A stretch of DNA of 32,000 nucleotides from Bacillus subtilis subsp. subtilis str. 168 (GTDB taxonomy: Bacteria; Bacillota; Bacilli; Bacillales; Bacillaceae): contig NC_000964.3 in the NCBI RefSeq assembly GCF_000009045.1, positions 2,010,001 to 2,042,000 of the forward strand, in the 5' to 3' direction. Both the position numbers and the translations under genes were made by a program. This document shows positions 1 to 9,270 of the stretch, piece after piece (position 1 is the first letter of the stretch; every line of letters starts with the position of its first letter). The notes beneath the pieces were generated by a model that searched no databases, was not told where the DNA came from, and saw only the letters and a program-made list of their open reading frames with translations.

Positions 1-53
1 CGCTCCGCAGGTTTTTCTCGTTTGATCTCCATAAATCCAGTTGGTTTCCCCAT
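1..53 (-). CDS. gltB: glutamate synthase small subunit, 5' end only (continues left of the window)
   Basis: Minus-strand ATG at 53 follows a purine-rich SD (AAGGGGAGAGGAA). It reads MGKPTGFMEIKREKPAE and starts 16 nt after the gltA stop, so it is the operon partner. Confidence 0.75.
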   Translation of the reverse strand, partial: MGKPTGFMEIKREKPAE

Positions 54-69
54 GTTCCTCTCCCCTTCC

Positions 70-3000
70 TTACTGTACTACCGCTTGTTTTTGTCCCGAT
101 GCTGCTGTATTCTGCTTTGGCTTCGTGTTGGCCTCAAAAGCGAACATGATGGCTTCTTCATCTGATAAACCTGCAGCTTTTTGCTCTTCGATGCTTGCGA
201 GCATTTGTTTATAGTTTTTCGGAATGACTTTGACGAATTTTTTCACACTGTCTTCCCATTGATCTAGCAGATCTTCTGCTTTTTGGCTGTTTGTATACGC
301 AGTATGTCTTTCAAGCATTGCTTTGATTTGCTGGATTTCTTTCTCATCCTCTAATGATTCAAATAAAATCATCTCAAGGTTGCATTTGCGTTTAAACGCT
401 TTGACATCTTCGGTCAGTACATAAGCGATTCCGCCGGACATACCTGCCGCAAAGTTTTTGCCTACATCACCGAGAACGACAACGCTGCCGCCAGTCATGT
501 ATTCACAGCCGTGGTCGCCGATGCCTTCTACAACTACGTTCACACCGCTGTTTCGAACGGCAAAGCGTTCACCAGCACGCCCGTTAATATATGCTTCTCC
601 GCTTGTCGCACCGTAAAAAGCCACGTTGCCGATAATGACATTGTCATCCGAAGCAGAGTTGAATCCTTCTGATGACTTGACGATGATTTTTCCGCCAGAA
701 AGCCCTTTTCCGACGTAATCATTTGAGTCTCCGTCCAAATAAAGCGTCATCCCTTTAGGAACGAAAGCTCCAAAGCTTTGGCCGGCTGATCCGGTAAAGT
801 GCAGCTTGATTGTATCTTCAGGAAGACCTTCTTCTCCGTAACGCTTTGAGATTTCACTGCCGGTTATCGTTCCGGCTACACGATTTGTATTATTGATTTC
901 AATCGAAATATCAGCTTCTTTTCCAGATTCGATGGCTTCTTGTACGGCCGGGAGAATTGTTGTAATATCAAGTGATTGATCAATTTTATGATTTTGCGGC
1001 GATTGGAACGTCCGCACCCCTTCAGGCTGATAAAGAAGGGTAGACAAATCAAGCTGGCTTGCTTTCCAGTGCTCCTTTGCCCGTTCACTTGCATGAAGTA
1101 CATCAGTGCGGCCGATCATTTCATCAAATGTCTTGAAGCCTAACGCAGCCATGTACTCACGAACTTCTTCGGCAATGAACAGCATATAGTTCACAATATG
1201 GTCAGGATCTCCCATGAACTTTTTGCGAAGCTCTGGATTTTGTGTCGCTACACCGACAGGGCATGTATCCAAATGGCAGGCACGCATCATGACACAGCCG
1301 AGTACAACTAACGGAGCCGTTGCGAAACCAAATTCTTCGGCGCCGAGCAAGGCAGCCATCACAACGTCGCGGCCCGTCATGAGCTTTCCATCTGTTTCTA
1401 ATACAACACGGTCACGAAGTCCGTTCAGCATTAGTGTTTGATGTGCTTCTGCAAGGCCAAGCTCCCACGGAAGCCCTGTATGTTTAATACTGGTTTTCGG
1501 AGAAGCGCCTGTACCTCCGTCATAGCCGCTGATCACAATGACATCTGCAGTCGCTTTGGCAACACCTGCAGCGATTGTTCCTACACCTGCTTTTGACACC
1601 AGCTTTACGCTGATTCTTGCGTCACGGTTGGCATTTTTCAAATCGTGGATCAGCTGGGCTAAATCCTCAATCGAATAAATGTCATGGTGTGGCGGAGGTG
1701 AGATTAATCCGACACCTGGCGTTGACCCACGGACATCGGCAACCCATGGATATACCTTGTTGCCAGGAAGCTGCCCGCCTTCACCCGGCTTAGCACCTTG
1801 AGCCATTTTAATCTGCAGCTCATCAGCATTGACGAGGTAATGGCTTTTGACACCAAACCGTCCGGATGCAATTTGTTTGATCGCACTTCTTCTATCATCG
1901 CCGTTCTCATCTGGAACAAAGCGTTTGGGATCTTCTCCGCCTTCACCGCTGTTGCTTTTTCCTCCAAGACGGTTCATTGCGATTGCTAAAGCTTCGTGCG
2001 CTTCCTTACTCAAGGACCCGAATGACATCGCACCCGTTTTAAAACGTTTGACAATCGATTCAGCGGATTCAACCTCCTCCAACTTCAAAGGCTTGCGGTT
2101 TCCGTCAAATGCGAACAAGTTCCGCAAAAATCCGATGCGTTCTTCATCAGCCGCTTTTGTATACTGTTTAAACAGATTGTAATCATTTCTGCGGCACGCC
2201 CATTGCAAAGTATGAATCGTTTTCGGATTAAACGCATGATGCTCTCCGCCATTTCTCCATTGGAAGTCACTTCCCGGTTCAAGCGTTTTGCTGTAATCAT
2301 CCTGATACGCTTCCCGGTGGCGGCGCTGTGCCTCTTCTGCAATTGTTTGTAAATCGATGCCGCCTAGCTGTGATGCAGTACCTGAGAAATAGCGGTCGAT
2401 CACATCGCGGCTGATTCCTACCGCCTCAAAGATTTGTGCGCCTCTGTAGCTTTGCACAGTTGAAATTCCCATCTTGGACATCACTTTTACGACGCCCTCA
2501 GTAATGCTTTTTCCATATTTGCTAACCGCTTCTTCATAGCTGATATCCAAACGGCCTTCATCAATTTCCTGCTTGTAGGTCGCATAAGCGAGATAAGGGT
2601 TAATCGCATCTGCGCCATAACCGATTAACGCTGCAAAGTGATGCACTTCACGTGCTTCTCCCGATTCCACAATAATGCTGACCTTCGTACGCAGCCCTTT
2701 GCGGATTAAGTGCTGGTGCAGTGCGCTTACTGCCAGAAGCGGCGGAATTGGTGTCAGTCGTTCGTTCATCTTTTTGTCTGATAAAATTAACAAACTTACG
2801 CCTTGGCTGATGGCTTTCTCTGCCTGTGTGAACATGTCCTTTAAACCGCGTTCAAGATCCTCTGAAAACAGCACATCAATTTTTTGGCTTTTTAAATCAG
2901 GATGAACAATCGTTTTCAATGCGTAAAACTGTTCATTGGATAAAACAGGTGTATACAGTTTAATCCGGCGAACATTTCGTTCACTTGGATGAAGAAGATC

Positions 3001-4632
3001 GCCTTCCGCACCGAGCCAAGTCATCGTTGAAGTGACAAGCTGCTCACGAATCGCGTCGATTGGCGGGTTCGTTACTTGTGCAAACAGCTGTTTAAAGTAG
3101 TTAAACAGCGATTGCGCTCGGTCAGAAAGTACAGCAAGCGGAGCGTCATTCCCCATTGAACCAAGGGGATCTTTGCCTTCTTTAATAACAGGAATTAGAT
3201 ACTTTTGGATATCCTCATATGTGTATCCGAATGCCTTCTGGCGAGTAAGAAGATCACTAAATTGTTCTTCTTCTCTTGACTCCGGATCAGGATTTACTTG
3301 TACAAGCTCTTCTTCAAGCCATTTTTGGTACGGATACTCAGTTGCAATTTGTGTTTTGACTTCCTCATCGGAGATAATACGGCCTTCTTCCAGGTCGATT
3401 AAAAGCATTTTCCCAGGCTCAAGGCGGTTTTTATATAAAACGTTCTCCTGTTCAACTTCAATAACGCCTACTTCAGATGAGAAAATAATATAATCATCTT
3501 TTGTGACATAATAACGGGCCGGACGGAGACCGTTCCGGTCAAGGATCGCCCCGATTTGTTTACCGTCAGTAAATGAAATAGCTGTCGGTCCGTCCCAAGG
3601 CTCCATCAGGGAGCTATGGTACTCGTAGAACGCCCTTTTTTCCTTGGACATATGCGTATTTTCCGTCCAAGGCTCTGGAATGAGCATCATTGCCGTATGT
3701 GCCGGTTTGCGTCCAGCCATCACAAAAAACTCAAATGCGTTATCCAAAATGGAAGAGTCACTGCCATCAGCATTGAGAATCGGCAAAATCTTGTTTAAGT
3801 CCTCACCGAAGCTTTCAGAAACAAATTGCTGCTCACGTGCTCTCATCCAGTTGATATTTCCGCGAAGGGTGTTAATTTCACCGTTGTGAACCAAATAGCG
3901 GTTAGGATGCGCTCTTTCCCATGTAGGGAATGTATTGGTACTGAAGCGTGAATGAACAAGCGCAAAAGCAGAAACGAATGCTTCGTCTTGCAGATCAGAA
4001 TAAAATGCATCAACCTGTTCAGGTGTTAAAAGGCCTTTGTAAACAATGGTCTGGCTTGAAAGACTGGCAAAATAAAAATCAAGACCTTCCGTTACTCCCC
4101 AATTTTCAGCCTGTTTACGAATGACATACAATTTTCGTTCAAAAGATAAATTGTCCTTTAGATCAGAACTTGCGCCGATAAATACCTGACGGACAAACGG
4201 ACAGCTTTTTTGCGCCACTGTTCCGATTTTTCCGACATTTACAGGTACAGTTCTCCATCCAAGAACGACTTGGCCTTCTTGTTCAATTAGTGCATTGATT
4301 TGCTTTTCAATTTTTTTTCTTTCATCTTCCTTCTGTGAGAAAAAGACCATTCCTACCCCGTAACGTTCTTTTTCTGGCAGATTGATGTTTTTGCACTCTT
4401 TTCTAAAGAAAGCATCAGGGATTTGAACCAGTAAGCCGGCTCCGTCTCCTGTATCCGGATCACTGCCTTGCCCTCCTCTATGGTCTAGCTGGCAAAGCAT
4501 CTTAAGTCCTTGTTTGACAATGTCGTGAGTCTGCTTGCCCTTTAAGTGTGCATATAGGCCGATTCCGCATGCATCATGTTCAAATTCAGGACGGTAGAGA
4601 CCTTGAGCTTTTGGCATTTGATTGTACGTCAT
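70..4632 (-). CDS. gltA: glutamate synthase (GOGAT) large subunit
   Basis: 1520-aa ORF with an Ntn-amidotransferase N-terminus (HDACGIG), central FMN/Fe-S region and C-terminal GXGXG-repeat domain. SD GGGGGAGAGGAA lies upstream of the ATG. Confidence 0.97.
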   Translation of the reverse strand: MTYNQMPKAQGLYRPEFEHDACGIGLYAHLKGKQTHDIVKQGLKMLCQLDHRGGQGSDPDTGDGAGLLVQIPDAFFRKECKNINLPEKERYGVGMVFFSQKEDERKKIEKQINALIEQEGQVVLGWRTVPVNVGKIGTVAQKSCPFVRQVFIGASSDLKDNLSFERKLYVIRKQAENWGVTEGLDFYFASLSSQTIVYKGLLTPEQVDAFYSDLQDEAFVSAFALVHSRFSTNTFPTWERAHPNRYLVHNGEINTLRGNINWMRAREQQFVSESFGEDLNKILPILNADGSDSSILDNAFEFFVMAGRKPAHTAMMLIPEPWTENTHMSKEKRAFYEYHSSLMEPWDGPTAISFTDGKQIGAILDRNGLRPARYYVTKDDYIIFSSEVGVIEVEQENVLYKNRLEPGKMLLIDLEEGRIISDEEVKTQIATEYPYQKWLEEELVQVNPDPESREEEQFSDLLTRQKAFGYTYEDIQKYLIPVIKEGKDPLGSMGNDAPLAVLSDRAQSLFNYFKQLFAQVTNPPIDAIREQLVTSTMTWLGAEGDLLHPSERNVRRIKLYTPVLSNEQFYALKTIVHPDLKSQKIDVLFSEDLERGLKDMFTQAEKAISQGVSLLILSDKKMNERLTPIPPLLAVSALHQHLIRKGLRTKVSIIVESGEAREVHHFAALIGYGADAINPYLAYATYKQEIDEGRLDISYEEAVSKYGKSITEGVVKVMSKMGISTVQSYRGAQIFEAVGISRDVIDRYFSGTASQLGGIDLQTIAEEAQRRHREAYQDDYSKTLEPGSDFQWRNGGEHHAFNPKTIHTLQWACRRNDYNLFKQYTKAADEERIGFLRNLFAFDGNRKPLKLEEVESAESIVKRFKTGAMSFGSLSKEAHEALAIAMNRLGGKSNSGEGGEDPKRFVPDENGDDRRSAIKQIASGRFGVKSHYLVNADELQIKMAQGAKPGEGGQLPGNKVYPWVADVRGSTPGVGLISPPPHHDIYSIEDLAQLIHDLKNANRDARISVKLVSKAGVGTIAAGVAKATADVIVISGYDGGTGASPKTSIKHTGLPWELGLAEAHQTLMLNGLRDRVVLETDGKLMTGRDVVMAALLGAEEFGFATAPLVVLGCVMMRACHLDTCPVGVATQNPELRKKFMGDPDHIVNYMLFIAEEVREYMAALGFKTFDEMIGRTDVLHASERAKEHWKASQLDLSTLLYQPEGVRTFQSPQNHKIDQSLDITTILPAVQEAIESGKEADISIEINNTNRVAGTITGSEISKRYGEEGLPEDTIKLHFTGSAGQSFGAFVPKGMTLYLDGDSNDYVGKGLSGGKIIVKSSEGFNSASDDNVIIGNVAFYGATSGEAYINGRAGERFAVRNSGVNVVVEGIGDHGCEYMTGGSVVVLGDVGKNFAAGMSGGIAYVLTEDVKAFKRKCNLEMILFESLEDEKEIQQIKAMLERHTAYTNSQKAEDLLDQWEDSVKKFVKVIPKNYKQMLASIEEQKAAGLSDEEAIMFAFEANTKPKQNTAASGQKQAVVQ

Positions 4633-4666
4633 AATTCCTCTCCCCCGATCAATTTCCGATAATACC

Positions 4667-4683
4667 GGTCATAAAATCTAACA
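4667..4683 (-). promoter_or_regulatory. TnrA-box-like site in the gltA leader
   Basis: The minus strand reads TGTTAGATTTTATGACC, against the TnrA/GlnR consensus TGTNAN7TNACA (one mismatch in the right arm). It sits between the gltA start and the GltC boxes. Confidence 0.55.
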
Positions 4684-4722
4684 ACTCTATAATCATTGTA
4701 GGTTTTCAAAACGATATAAACA

Positions 4723-4737
4723 ATATATAATTTAGAT
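4723..4737 (-). promoter_or_regulatory. GltC box II-like site
   Basis: The minus strand reads ATCTAAATTATATAT, sharing the ATCT...A..AT frame of box I. Its centre is 22 bp (two helical turns) from box I. Confidence 0.55.
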
Positions 4738-4744
4738 CAAAAGA

Positions 4745-4759
4745 ATCTCAAAATGAGAT
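4745..4759. promoter_or_regulatory. GltC box I (LysR-type T-N11-A palindrome)
   Basis: Perfect dyad ATCTCA-AAA-TGAGAT in the gltA/gltC divergent region, 20 nt upstream of the gltC ATG. Confidence 0.7.
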
Positions 4760-4778
4760 AGATGGATGTGAGACAAAC

Positions 4779-5681
4779 ATGGAGCTGCGCCAACTGCGTT
4801 ATTTTATGGAGGTGGCTGAAAGAGAACACGTTTCAGAAGCCGCTGATCATTTGCATGTGGCCCAATCAGCAATCAGCAGACAAATTGCCAATCTTGAAGA
4901 AGAATTAAATGTGACCTTATTTGAGCGTGAAGGGAGAAATATCAAACTCACGCCAATCGGAAAAGAATTTTTAATTCATGTGAAAACGGCGATGAAAGCC
5001 ATTGATTATGCGAAAGAGCAAATTGATGAGTATCTTGACCCGCATCGCGGAACGGTAAAGATCGGCTTTCCTACAAGCCTCGCCAGCCAGCTTTTGCCGA
5101 CTGTCATTTCAGCGTTTAAAGAAGAATATCCGCACGTCGAATTTTTGCTGCGCCAAGGCTCCTATAAGTTTCTGATTGAAGCTGTCAGAAACCGCGATAT
5201 TGATCTGGCCTTATTAGGGCCGGTGCCGACGAATTTCTCTGACATAACGGGAAAAATATTATTTACTGAAAAAATTTACGCGCTTGTTCCATTAAATCAT
5301 CCGCTTGCTAAACAAAAAACGGTTCATTTAATCGATTTGCGCAACGACCAATTTGTATTGTTCCCGGAAGGATTTGTACTTAGAGAGATGGCAATCGATA
5401 CTTGCAAACAAGCAGGCTTTGCTCCTCTCGTTTCCACGGAGGGTGAGGATTTGGATGCGATCAAAGGGTTAGTGTCCGCAGGAATGGGCGTTACCCTTCT
5501 GCCTGAAAGTACTTTTGCTGAAACAACACCTCGTTTTACTGTGAAAATTCCAATTGAGTTCCCTCAAGTAAAACGGACTGTCGGAATCATTAAACCGAAA
5601 AATAGAGAGCTTGCGCCTTCCGCGAATGATTTTTATGAGTTTGTCATTCAATTTTTCTCTAAGCTGGAGCAGTATCAATAA
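4779..5681 (+). CDS. gltC: LysR-family transcriptional activator of gltAB
   Basis: 300-aa ORF divergent from gltA with an N-terminal LysR wHTH (LRYFMEVAEREHVSEAADHLHVAQSAISRQI) and a C-terminal substrate-binding fold. Confidence 0.95.
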   Translation: MELRQLRYFMEVAEREHVSEAADHLHVAQSAISRQIANLEEELNVTLFEREGRNIKLTPIGKEFLIHVKTAMKAIDYAKEQIDEYLDPHRGTVKIGFPTSLASQLLPTVISAFKEEYPHVEFLLRQGSYKFLIEAVRNRDIDLALLGPVPTNFSDITGKILFTEKIYALVPLNHPLAKQKTVHLIDLRNDQFVLFPEGFVLREMAIDTCKQAGFAPLVSTEGEDLDAIKGLVSAGMGVTLLPESTFAETTPRFTVKIPIEFPQVKRTVGIIKPKNRELAPSANDFYEFVIQFFSKLEQYQ

Positions 5682-5689
5682 AAAAAATG

Positions 5690-5726
5690 AACCCGAGCTT
5701 CTATATAGAAGCTTCGGGTTTTTTTC
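5690..5726. terminator. bidirectional intrinsic terminator between gltC and proJ
   Basis: Hairpin AACCCGAGCTTC-TATATA-GAAGCTTCGGGTT is flanked by an A-run on the left and a T-run on the right. Confidence 0.85.
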
Positions 5727-5732
5727 TGCAAA

Positions 5733-6848
5733 TTAATTTACAGGTAAAGAAAAATCCACATGGCAAACAAATGCTTCTTGATCAATTAGAGCTCTATTTG
5801 TCAGTTCCTTTTTCTTTTCCGGTTCTTGAAGCTGTACAGAAGAGTAATTGACGATTCCAAGGCCGATTTCCGTCCCTTTTGAATCCATCAGCCGAACAAC
5901 TGAACCGCTTTTGAATTTCCCTTTAATCTTCTGTACACCGTCTAGGTATAAACTCGATTGTCCGTTTGTTATTTTTCGTGAACAATCATCTGATAAAATC
6001 ATTTCACCTTCCGGACCGGAATTAAAAGCGATCCATTGCTCCTTTTGATTCAACGGAAGCGTTCCTTCTGCTTCAAAATAGGTGCCTTCCGCCTGTTCAT
6101 GAACGGCGTGGTATAAAATATCGCCAGCATCTGCCTGACCTAGGAAACCTTTAATGCCAGACGCCATTACGATTTTAAACGCATCAAGCTTAGAGCGCAT
6201 GCCGCCGGTGCCAACGATGCTTCCAGTGTCACCTGCGCATGCTTCGATGTCAGGTGTTATTTCACTCACCCGCTGTATCTTTTTCGCTTCTGGATTTGTG
6301 CGCGGATTGCCGTCATATAATCCGTCTATATCTGATAAAATCACAAGCATATCTGCATCAATCAATCCTGCGACTTTTGCTGCGAGCGTATCATTGTCGC
6401 CAAACTTGAGCCGATTGACGGTAACTGTGTCATTTTCGTTTATGATCGGGATGATGCCGCGCTCGAGCAGTACATTCATTGTATTCCTGACATTGTTGTA
6501 TCGATATTCATCAGAAAAATCGCTTCTCGTAATTAAAATTTGGGATGCGACATAGCCGTGTGCCAAAAACAGCTTTGAATAAGCCTCCATTAGCAATCCC
6601 TGGCCGATTGAAGCTGATGCTTGTTTTTCTGGAAGCTTCTCGGGCCTTTGGATAAATCCGAGCTTCCGATATCCCGCCGCCACTGCGCCTGAGGAAACCA
6701 AAATCACTTCATAACCGGCGTCTTTGAGTTTGACGACCTGGTCGACCAACGCTTCTAATTTTCGAATGCTGATTTCTCCATGAAGGCTTGTTAATGAACT
6801 GCTTCCAATCTTCACAACGACTCTTTTCATGCTTGTATCAGGCGTCAC
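5733..6848 (-). CDS. proJ: glutamate 5-kinase with C-terminal PUA domain (osmoadaptive proline synthesis)
   Basis: 371-aa ORF with amino-acid-kinase motifs (VVKIGSSSLT, NENDT, GTGGM). Its ATG overlaps the proH stop (ATGA), suggesting translational coupling. Confidence 0.93.
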   Translation of the reverse strand: MTPDTSMKRVVVKIGSSSLTSLHGEISIRKLEALVDQVVKLKDAGYEVILVSSGAVAAGYRKLGFIQRPEKLPEKQASASIGQGLLMEAYSKLFLAHGYVASQILITRSDFSDEYRYNNVRNTMNVLLERGIIPIINENDTVTVNRLKFGDNDTLAAKVAGLIDADMLVILSDIDGLYDGNPRTNPEAKKIQRVSEITPDIEACAGDTGSIVGTGGMRSKLDAFKIVMASGIKGFLGQADAGDILYHAVHEQAEGTYFEAEGTLPLNQKEQWIAFNSGPEGEMILSDDCSRKITNGQSSLYLDGVQKIKGKFKSGSVVRLMDSKGTEIGLGIVNYSSVQLQEPEKKKELTNRALIDQEAFVCHVDFSLPVN

Positions 6849-7738
6849 TTTATCACTCCTGATAGCGGCGCTGCAGTTTTTTCGATATCTTCGCTGATTT
6901 CCTTTGAACGCTTAGCCGCATGCTTTATTGCTTGAGAAATCGCTTCTCCGCCGCCGCTCTTTTTCAAGGCTTGCAGCCCCGCTGCTGTCGTTCCGTTCGG
7001 TGACGTGATATTATCTCTTAAGATCTCAGGATGTTCTCCTGTTTCCATGAGCATTTTTGCGGCACCTAAAAGTGTCTGTGCGCCGATGCTTCGAGATAAC
7101 TGTTTATCGAGGCCCGCTTCCTCGCCTGTCTTTTCAATGAATTCCATTAAATAATAAAAATACGCGGGTCCGCTGCCTGCAATTCCGGTGAATATATCCA
7201 TTTGATTTTCTTGGATTGTATAGACTTCGCCCATGCATCCGAGCAATGCTTCGGCCAGCTTCTTCAGGTCTTCCGACACATATTTGCCAAGGGCAATAGC
7301 TGTTGCAGAAGCGCCAATCATACTGGAAGTGTTGGGCATCACTCTGACAACCGGCTGTTCATTAAGCAATGATTGTTCAATAAAAGAGGTAGTTATGCCG
7401 GCAAGGACCGACAATATTAATTGATGGGGTTGAATACGTGATTTTAGTGATGACAGAGCGTTTTCGGCGTCTTTTGGCTTCATTGCCAAAATGAGCACAT
7501 CCATGTCTTCAATACATAGTTGGTTCGGCAAGGCGCCTTTAATGCCATATTGAAGTTCAAGTTCAGTTAATCGCTCTGTATTGCTGCGGTTTGTAACGCA
7601 GATGTTTTGTTTCGGGATTTTGTTGGCTCGAACGATACCTGATATCATTCCTTCCGCCATAGATCCTGCTCCTATAAAGGCTACTTTCTTTTGATCAAAG
7701 ATCGGTAACATCTCCTTTGTTCGCTTTTTTGTTCGCAT
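6845..7738 (-). CDS. proH: pyrroline-5-carboxylate reductase
   Basis: Rossmann motif VAFIGAGSMAEG and a P5CR C-terminal dimerisation domain. The track ORF begins at GTG 7744; the first ATG is 7738 and I could not settle the true start (see finding). Confidence 0.88.
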   Translation of the reverse strand: MRTKKRTKEMLPIFDQKKVAFIGAGSMAEGMISGIVRANKIPKQNICVTNRSNTERLTELELQYGIKGALPNQLCIEDMDVLILAMKPKDAENALSSLKSRIQPHQLILSVLAGITTSFIEQSLLNEQPVVRVMPNTSSMIGASATAIALGKYVSEDLKKLAEALLGCMGEVYTIQENQMDIFTGIAGSGPAYFYYLMEFIEKTGEEAGLDKQLSRSIGAQTLLGAAKMLMETGEHPEILRDNITSPNGTTAAGLQALKKSGGGEAISQAIKHAAKRSKEISEDIEKTAAPLSGVIK

Positions 7739-7753
7739 TTTCACACGTTTAAA

Positions 7754-7781
7754 ATGTTACCACGTGAGGAAATGATGTCAA
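7754..7781 (-). promoter_or_regulatory. SigA-type promoter candidate for proHJ
   Basis: Minus strand TTGACA (7781-7776), 16-nt spacer, TAACAT (7759-7754). Confidence 0.55.
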
Positions 7782-7837
7782 GTTTGAAGGCCATTATTGA
7801 TTTGTATTGTTTCTTTTCGACAAATATGTATAATGAA

Positions 7838-7877
7838 AAGCAGAAAACACCCGGTTCACACTGCTGCGCCGGGTGTT
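7838..7877 (-). terminator. intrinsic terminator after rtp
   Basis: Stem AACACCCGG / CCGGGTGTT (7846-7854 / 7869-7877), followed on the minus strand by TTTTCTGCTTTT. Confidence 0.75.
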
Positions 7878-7885
7878 TGTTTCTA

Positions 7886-8254
7886 TTAAAAATTATCTGA
7901 GAGAGCTTTTTCAATCAGTTTTTTACAGCGATCCAGCTCTACCTTCAGCTGTTTTTTATATAGCTTGGCAGCTTCGTAATCTTTAAATTGATAGAGGACG
8001 ACTTCCTGGAGCTTAGCCCCTTCTTTTTTTACTTTAATTTGTTTTAGTATCCCGTCATCAAGAAGCTCATGCAAAGACCGGTATACTTCTGTATGATTTG
8101 GTTTAAAACCAATCTCTTTAAATTCAGACCGAAGTACTTCAAGCAGCTTTAACCCATAGAGTCTCTCTTGCTCTGTCATCGTTATCATATAAAGCTTCAA
8201 AAATGCGCGCTGTTTCACTAAAAAGCCTGTTGAACTCCTTTTTTCTTCTTTCAT
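7886..8254 (-). CDS. rtp: replication terminator protein RTP (winged-helix, 122 aa)
   Basis: Reads MKEEKRSSTGFLVKQRAFLKLYMITMTEQERLYGLKLLEVLRSEF..., which I recognise as B. subtilis RTP. The start is placed at the second ATG after SD AGAAGGAG; the track ORF extends 11 codons further. Confidence 0.95.
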   Translation of the reverse strand: MKEEKRSSTGFLVKQRAFLKLYMITMTEQERLYGLKLLEVLRSEFKEIGFKPNHTEVYRSLHELLDDGILKQIKVKKEGAKLQEVVLYQFKDYEAAKLYKKQLKVELDRCKKLIEKALSDNF

Positions 8255-8274
8255 CATATGCACTCCTTCTTCTG

Positions 8275-8303
8275 TCACTGACAACACTATGTACTAAATA
8301 TTC
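8275..8303 (+). other. replication terminator (Ter) site, rtp-proximal (TerII by polarity)
   Basis: TCACTGACAACACTATGTACTAAATATTC fits the Bacillus Ter consensus KMACTAANWNNWCTATGTACYAAATNTTC with one mismatch, which lies in the A-site half. Confidence 0.85.
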
Positions 8304-8403
8304 AATTTTCTTTTATTGTTTTCCTTCTTTATATTAAAGACTGATAGTCCAGTTATTTCATGTTTACTGATTATAGGTGTAGCGGAAAAAATAAATTTCG
8401 ACT

Positions 8404-8432
8404 GAACATTTGGTACATAGTTTTCTTAGTTC
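8404..8432 (-). other. replication terminator (Ter) site, rtp-distal (TerI by polarity)
   Basis: The minus strand reads GAACTAAGAAAACTATGTACCAAATGTTC, a full match to the Ter consensus. It is inverted relative to the 8275-8303 site, with 100 bp between them. Confidence 0.88.
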
Positions 8433-8525
8433 TATTATAGCCTGCATTTACTGCTATCTTCAATTTAAACGATTGCCAGGGTTTACATATCTCATTTTAC
8501 CGGTACGGATTTCATTCAAATAAAA

Positions 8526-8552
8526 AAACCTGTCGAAAGACAGGTTTTCATT
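8526..8552 (-). terminator. intrinsic terminator after yoxD
   Basis: Stem ACCTGTC-GAAA-GACAGGT with a T-run on the minus strand (A-run on plus). Confidence 0.8.
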
Positions 8553-8553
8553 T

Positions 8554-9270
8554 TTAAGGATTTGTTGACCATAATCCCGCTGTTTTGATGAAAATACGAG
8601 GATCTAATTTCAGTTGTGCCACCATGTACTCAGCAAGATCCTCAGGCTGCATAACTTTTTCAGGATTACCGTCTGTTAAGTTCAATTCGATAGACATATC
8701 ACTAGCGACAGTGCTCGGCGTTAACGCGCTGACTCTGATATTATGTTTTCTCACTTCTTGCATAAGAGACTCTGTTAACCCGAGAACGGCAAATTTAGAA
8801 GCGCTGTAAGCACTTGTTACAGCAGCTCCTCTTTGGCCCGCTGTAGATGAAATATTAATGATGTCTCCGGCTTTGCGTTCGATCATTTCCGGAAGCACCG
8901 CGCGAGTGACATGGTACACACCCATTAGGTTGACTTGAATAATATTTTCCCACTCATCAGCTGACAGATCTAAGAAACCGCCAAATTTGCTGATGCCGGC
9001 ATTATTAATGAGGATATCGATATCACCGAGCTGTTCCTTCACTTGAGCTACAGCTTGGTTAACCTGATCGGCATCTTTTACATCTGCAGCAGCAAATGCA
9101 GCTTTTACACCAAGCGCTTTGACTTCTTCAGCCACTTTTTCTACATTAGCGGAAGTCCGGCCAATTAACCCGATATTCACGCCTTCTTTGGCAAGCGCCA
9201 GAGCAGTAGCGCGGCCAATTCCTCTGCCTCCGCCTGTGATTAGTGCAGTTTTATGTTGTAAACTTTGCAA
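8554..9270 (-). CDS. yoxD: short-chain dehydrogenase/reductase (FabG-like)
   Basis: SDR motifs TGGGRGIG and YSASK. The probable TTG start at 9270 follows AAAGGGTG; the track ORF starts 3 codons upstream at GTG 9279. Confidence 0.9.

Noticed and set aside
540-3889. Eleven 60-111-aa ORFs in the track that lie inside or antisense to gltA
   Set aside because: All are nested in a 1520-aa gene with unmistakable GOGAT domains. They lack SD sequences and have odd, low-complexity composition, so they look like chance frames.
7807-7880. Plus-strand promoter-like TTGTTT-16-TATAAT pointing into the rtp terminator hairpin (potential antisense or short RNA)
   Set aside because: Its transcript would begin about 5 nt before the hairpin and consist of little more than the terminator. 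This is likely a chance match in AT-rich DNA.
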